Shown here: piece after piece, positions 50,985-56,455 of the stretch | Layout of the letters: the number at the start of each line of letters is the position of its first letter | Position numbering within the stretch: the first letter of the stretch is position 1 | Assembly (NCBI GenBank): GCA_001929475.1 | Contig: LXFE01000138.1 | Span: forward strand, 1-56,455 | Direction: 5' to 3' | DNA length: 56,455 nt | DNA from: Neolecta irregularis DAH-3 | Taxonomy: Eukaryota | Notes under the pieces: generated by a model | What the model was told of the DNA's origin: nothing | What the model saw: the letters and a program-made list of their open reading frames with translations, nothing else | Database searches by the model: none | Made by a program: the position numbers and the translations under genes

Positions 50985-52197
50985 ATGTCTACTCTAGATC
51001 CTGAGCTCCAGTCACAAGACAACGAAGGACCCCAAGATCAAACGATATCGGTTCCTATACAGAAAAAGCGGAAAAGAAAACCAGCTAGGAAGCAAGTGGA
51101 ATCTCGAAAATATGGCCACGAGGTATAATCTGTGTTGGCCATTGCTAATGTTCAGCATGTTCCTGTTGCCGGCACAGTATGGAACATTTGGTAAGCTTTC
51201 TATTTGTAGTATCTAAGAACTAGGTATGGTCGATGGAGTGGAGGAGATCGGGATGATGAGTATATGAATCAGAACCACAGTGATACACGATGTGATATAG
51301 CCAAAGACTCGGGCTGGACGAGAGCAGATAAAATAGTAGGAAGCTACTTTTGCCTGTTTTTCGCCCGGGGAAATTGTCCGCAAGGGTATACATTTTGCAA
51401 ACGGCGTTGACATGCAGACATGAATGTAATTATTTACACAGACTGCCTACGGTGCATGATATATTCAACCCGAACGTGGATTGTTTTGGGCGAGAAAAGC
51501 ATTCTGATTATCGCGATGATATGGGCGGCGTAGGAAGTTTTATGAGACAAAATACTACTCTCTATGTGGGTCGCATAAATGTAAGCGACGACATTGAGGA
51601 GATTGTTTCGCGTCATTTTGCTGAATGGGGTGAAGTTGAGAGAAGTATATTTTGGATTGGGACGAGTGCTGATAAAAAGTTCGTGTATTAAATTCTCGAG
51701 GAATTGCGTTCGTCACGTATGCTCTTGAGAGCAATGCTCAGTTTGCCAAGGAAGCCATGGCACATCAGTCGCTTGATCATAACGAGATTTTGAATGTCAG
51801 ATGGGCTTCGCATGATCCGAATCCATTGACTGTTGCTCGAGATAAACGGCGGGTAGAAGAACAAGCAGCCGAAGCAATCCGGAAGGCTCTTCCCGCTGAA
51901 TTTGTCGCAGAGATCGAGGGAAGAGATCCTGAACTAGCCAAAAGAAGACGGATTGAAGGAAGTTTTGGGTTGCCTGGGTATGAAGCGCCAGATGATATCT
52001 GGTATGCCCGTGGGCAGGGCGCAATCAATCCTGCTGTCAGGACAAAGGAACTAGAAGGACCAAGATTGGTTATAGAGGAGAGTGACAACCGGGAGCAAGG
52101 CCTCTTGCCTGCATCGACTCTAAAGTTCTTATCTTCGCTGAAGAGCAGTTACGGCATGGGCAGTTTAGTCGCATACCAAAGTGACGAAAGCGAATAA
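50985..52197 (+). CDS. CWC2: Pre-mRNA splicing factor Cwc2
   Basis: FCLFFARGNC zinc finger, DCFGREKHSDYRDDMGGVGSF, RRM TLYVGRI, LNVRWA.DPNP. Confidence 0.95.
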
Positions 52198-52217
52198 TAA
52201 TATAAACATCCTTCCAC

Positions 52218-55200
52218 TCACTCAAATTCATACAAGACCGGTTTAGAAATACTTTTCGAGCTCACTAGCCAAGCTCTTTTACACGTTCTGCAAGCATCAT
52301 GCAACTCTTGCCATAAATTACTCAAGACCATTCTATCGTGAATGTCTACTGAATCACAAACTAGACTGAGCATAAGGAGTCAAGAGACGATACTTTTTCG
52401 AAATAAATCATCTTGATTCAAGCGGACTGCAAGCAACTTGTAAAGTACCTGTAGACCTAGCTCAGCCACGAAAACAGGACATTTCGGATCCGAGATATCA
52501 TCAAGTACATTCTGCACTGCTTCTTGTGCTGTATGTTAGCGCATAACCAGAAACCGGCACCTTTAACAATAACAATTTGTTTCTGCGCGAGTTTTTGTTT
52601 CCTGTGACTTGATCTGCCATTGATCAACTGGACGTTCCCTCTGTGTTTCACAAGGCTCTGTTTAGGGATATAGTTGTCTGAAAGGATATCCGATCTACAA
52701 AAAGCTGGATTATCGCGTCTAGACCGATCGCCGAGTTCTTCGAGAAAGTATGACGACAATTCTTTTATTCCAACGACTTCCTCTTCTTTAGATTGGATGT
52801 TTCGAATTTTCACGACGGGGTTATTGTGCCGGTAAATTACTATCCATTCGATTCCCTCGTGGCGGAATTGATTCACCACTTCTTCAGTCAGCATTTCAAT
52901 AGACCGGAAATCCGCTCTAATATTATTTCGCCACAAGGTTGCAAGGAGTTCCATGTGGTCTTTTCGGACGTCTTGGTCAAACGTCACTATTATCACGTCA
53001 CACTGCCGAGTCAATAGGCGATATTTCGCACGCATACACGACTTGCTCTCCATCCATGGTCCCACGGTTTCCGTTTTCCACTTTTAACAGAGTTTTCGTA
53101 AATCATCATTGCTGTTTTTAGTTTATCGAGGGCAAGGCTGAAGCCAACTACCCGACCCGCCGGTTGTGCCGTCAAGGGCCGATACCGCTCGACGAGATGG
53201 TTGTACCTTGTAATTAGCAGTCAGGGCAGGGAAACTACCGGCCTCCGGAAGCCAATATTTCCTTCCGCTTTGTATCGAGAATAGCCTGGAATATAATCCC
53301 GCCTGAATACGCCATCGCATTATTCGCGTACAACGGCTGAAAAACGACATTTCGCACCAAGCCCATGACCCGTAAATTGTCCAACACAGTTTTCAAATGA
53401 AGCAGCGCTCGTTCAACGTTTGGCAGCGCGGCAAGGAGTTTGGAGTTGTTCGTTTCAAAATCGTTTCCTGCGGTTATTCAGGAAACACGAAAAATCATAC
53501 CCCATGCACTGAATTGCTCTAAATTGTCGATGGAGGTGTTTGATAGTCCCAAATCAAGGCGTAATCGCGATTTCGAAACATTTGTTAAACTAGATAAACT
53601 CAAAATCTCACACACTCGACTTCTTTTGTCTTGGGGTATATCACAATAATCGAGAACAGCGCTAATTATATCCATATGGTTTATGCGATAGTATATAGAG
53701 AGACCATCTAAACACGGCACTCCGTCCAAAATCTCATCCAGGACTTTTAAAACTTCAGTTTCGTGAAAGTGGTCGTGGGTGTTTTCGAGGGAGATGATAT
53801 CAAAGTCGCATTCGATGAAACAAGAGGGCTTCATTCCATCCTGGTGATCACGGAATACATGTCCAAAAGTGAATAATTTACCCTGTGGGTTACGCGAGCG
53901 GCTTATTCGACGAGCAAGGGTATAACTCAGGTCGAAAGCAAGCTGCAGATGGGTGCCAGAGGTATCTAGGAGATCGACGACTTGAGAATAAATTTCAGAG
54001 CGGGGGAGTAACACCCAATTGTCACGATCAACCTCGACCGCCCCATGACGTGCGAAAACAAGAGATAATTCGGTGCGAAGACACGACATGATTAGGGATT
54101 CTTTGGTATCGTACAATACCTACGTCAGCCACACCGTATAGAGGAGATACAGGTAATTGATCTGATTCAAGGTCGTACGCAAGATTTTTATACCGATCGA
54201 TTTTTTGACTACTGAAAAGGGTGCTCATCAATGAATCGAAATAGGGGGTGTTGGGGGTTGCTTTTGTTAAACCTGGGGGAAAAAAGAGATACTGAGTGTT
54301 CGCAGCGCTTCTTGAAGGTACTCTTGTTCGACTTTTTTGGGAAGAAGATCGGATTGGAGTAGTTGGAGCGCACTCGGTCTATCTGCGGGCAAATGCTGCA
54401 ACAACCACTGAATAACACGGTATTCGTTCTTTGTCTTTTCAAACGCACTTGGAAAGGCAAGGGTAGATCGTAAATCAAGCAAGACTTGCAGTCGTTCCAT
54501 TCTAGTTGAAAATGGATACATCATTTCGAAAAAGATTATTCCAACTGAATATAAATCGACTGCTGTAAGTATTAAACGGGAGCAAACATGCCTTTTGAAG
54601 TATATGTAAATCCTTGATACAATTCCGGCGCAATATATAAAAAGGTTCCCAATCCTAAAGTTTGCGGAGCGGTAGGAAAAGGGGATACCAGTAGTCATAT
54701 CCTCGTCGCCCTCGATTACATCTCGATCCAAAGGTTCTCCAAATCCGGTAATCGCAAGTCCGAAATCCCCAATTTTGATATTGCCGTCGTTATCTAGAAA
54801 GATATTCAACGGTTTTAAATCTGATGTTAAAATGGAAGAAGAAAGGCGACCTCTGTGGATGACGTTTTGGCCGTGGATGTGGACTAGCGCTTCGAGAATT
54901 TGGCCAAGATAGCGCCATCGATCATTTACGTCCAGCCCAATGTCAATTAAATCGGAAAGAGTTTTTTTAGACTAGAGTTGGATGGGAACGATGGAGGATA
55001 TACGTAATAGTCCATTTGTAGATATAATGTTCCCATGGGAGAGTAAGAATTGGTGTCTTGAAATATTATAGACAGATCGTCGACCGCAGAGATAAAATCT
55101 GGGTTGTAATCAGGGGAAGGCGATGCACTACGCAGAGCACGATCGTCGACCTCTGCAGGCGCCTCGAGATCCAGAGCGTCATCTGCGGTGGGCGATACAG

Positions 55201-56312
55201 TACGATCCAGAGCATCGTCGGCGGTAGGCGCCTCGAGATCCTCTTCAAGCCAGGTCGTATAGTACCGAACGACAAACTAGCGTCAGCCGAGAAGAGAGAA
55301 ACCCACTTGATGATGCAGCTTGGACAAGGTAGTAACTTCTCTTAAAATGCGGCTGCGATCTCTGAAATCACGACCTAGTTTAATTTTTTTGATTGCATAG
55401 ATTCGATGGTCTAGTTTATTTCTCGCGGTGACGACTTTTGCAAAGCCGCCCTTTCCGATGAAGCCGAGTTCTTCAAAGTCAGTTTTGTAGCGGGAGATGT
55501 AGTTTGATTGTTTGGCGGGGGATGGGATAGAAAAGTCGGATGGGATAGAAAAGTCCTGTGGGGTGGTAAAGAATTTCAAGGAGAGGGTGTCGAGAGCGCC
55601 GAGACGTTTTTTGGGGGAGGGATCAAAGACTGCGGACAAGAATTCCGTGATGTCTGGGGGTAATTGTACTAGTATTAGTAGCGGAGGGCCGGATGCTACC
55701 TGATTGGTAAAAGTCATTAAAAGAGGGGTGTTTTTTGAAGATTTTCAAGCCCCAGACCATTGATATAAAGACGGCACCAATGGCCCAGATGTCTGATTTG
55801 CGAGAGAGTTTTGGATCTGGGGGCGGCCAAAGCAGGTCTTTTGGAACAAAGCGGTCGAGATGGATGGCGATTTCGTCTAGTATGTGTGGAAAGGCGACGT
55901 CTGACAATTTTGGCGAGGAGTGAAAGAGGAGGATATTTCGGGGGTGGATGCAGCGGTGGGTGCAGCCGAGCTGGTGGAGGGAGTCTAGGCCCTTGAGCAG
56001 AGCCTGGGTCCACTGGCGGGCGAGGGCGATGTCGAGGGCGGGGACTGTTTGCAGGAGGTCTGCGAGGGAGCCCTGGGGGGCCCAGTCTTGGACGATCTGC
56101 AGCTTCCACGCATTTTCTGGCGATTTGGAGACCTTGTAGGCGTGGAGGGGGACGATGTGCGGGGACGGGGGCAGGGAGGTGAGGATCTGGAGGAGGTGTT
56201 CGAGGGACTGCAGGAGCTTGTTGCCGTCTGGGGAGAGGGCGAAGGGGTGGGCGAAGCAGTATTCCTTGGCCAGGAGGGGGGGGAGGGCCGAGGGGTGGGG
56301 GGCGGCGAGGCT
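52218..56312 (-). CDS. GCN2: eIF2-alpha kinase Gcn2 (5' end lost at the assembly gap)
   Basis: Pseudokinase, then kinase [32 protein letters not shown], followed by a HisRS-like domain (ECDFDI, GGRYD). Confidence 0.95.
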
Positions 56313-56322
56313 NNNNNNNNNN
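56313..56322. other. Assembly gap
   Basis: Ten N bases. Confidence 1.

Positions 56323-56455
<133 letters not shown>

Overview
Gene-dense, intron-rich ascomycete nuclear DNA. The compact layout, roughly 115 very short introns (mostly 28-47 nt) and gene content suggest Taphrinomycotina, possibly Neolecta-like; this is inference, not a search result. About 30 protein genes were read by hand-splicing: a WW-domain protein and a degenerate tandem paralog, MRPL11, CHO2, ADE12, an Ivy1-like protein, three F-box/LRR proteins, COX15, SCO1, RNase III, SWF1, ADHFE1, a GNAT acetyltransferase, LSB5, Bot1/mS45, a LAMTOR2-like protein, GLO1, SCP160, DBF4, NPY1, a BTB protein, RAP1, MRPL7, a USP, RBG2, CWC2 and a 5'-truncated GCN2. 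Non-coding elements include a cluster of short solo LTRs with target-site duplications, MITE-like or hairpin elements, and an intronic box C/D snoRNA with rRNA guides. The most notable unexplained signals are a ~235-nt box C/D-bracketed segment carrying a TAACCCTAACCCT telomere-template-like sequence (telomerase RNA candidate), apparent non-AG 3' splice sites in ADE12 and LSB5, and several GC-AG introns among very degenerate 5' splice sites. CDS coordinates are whole-gene spans including introns.
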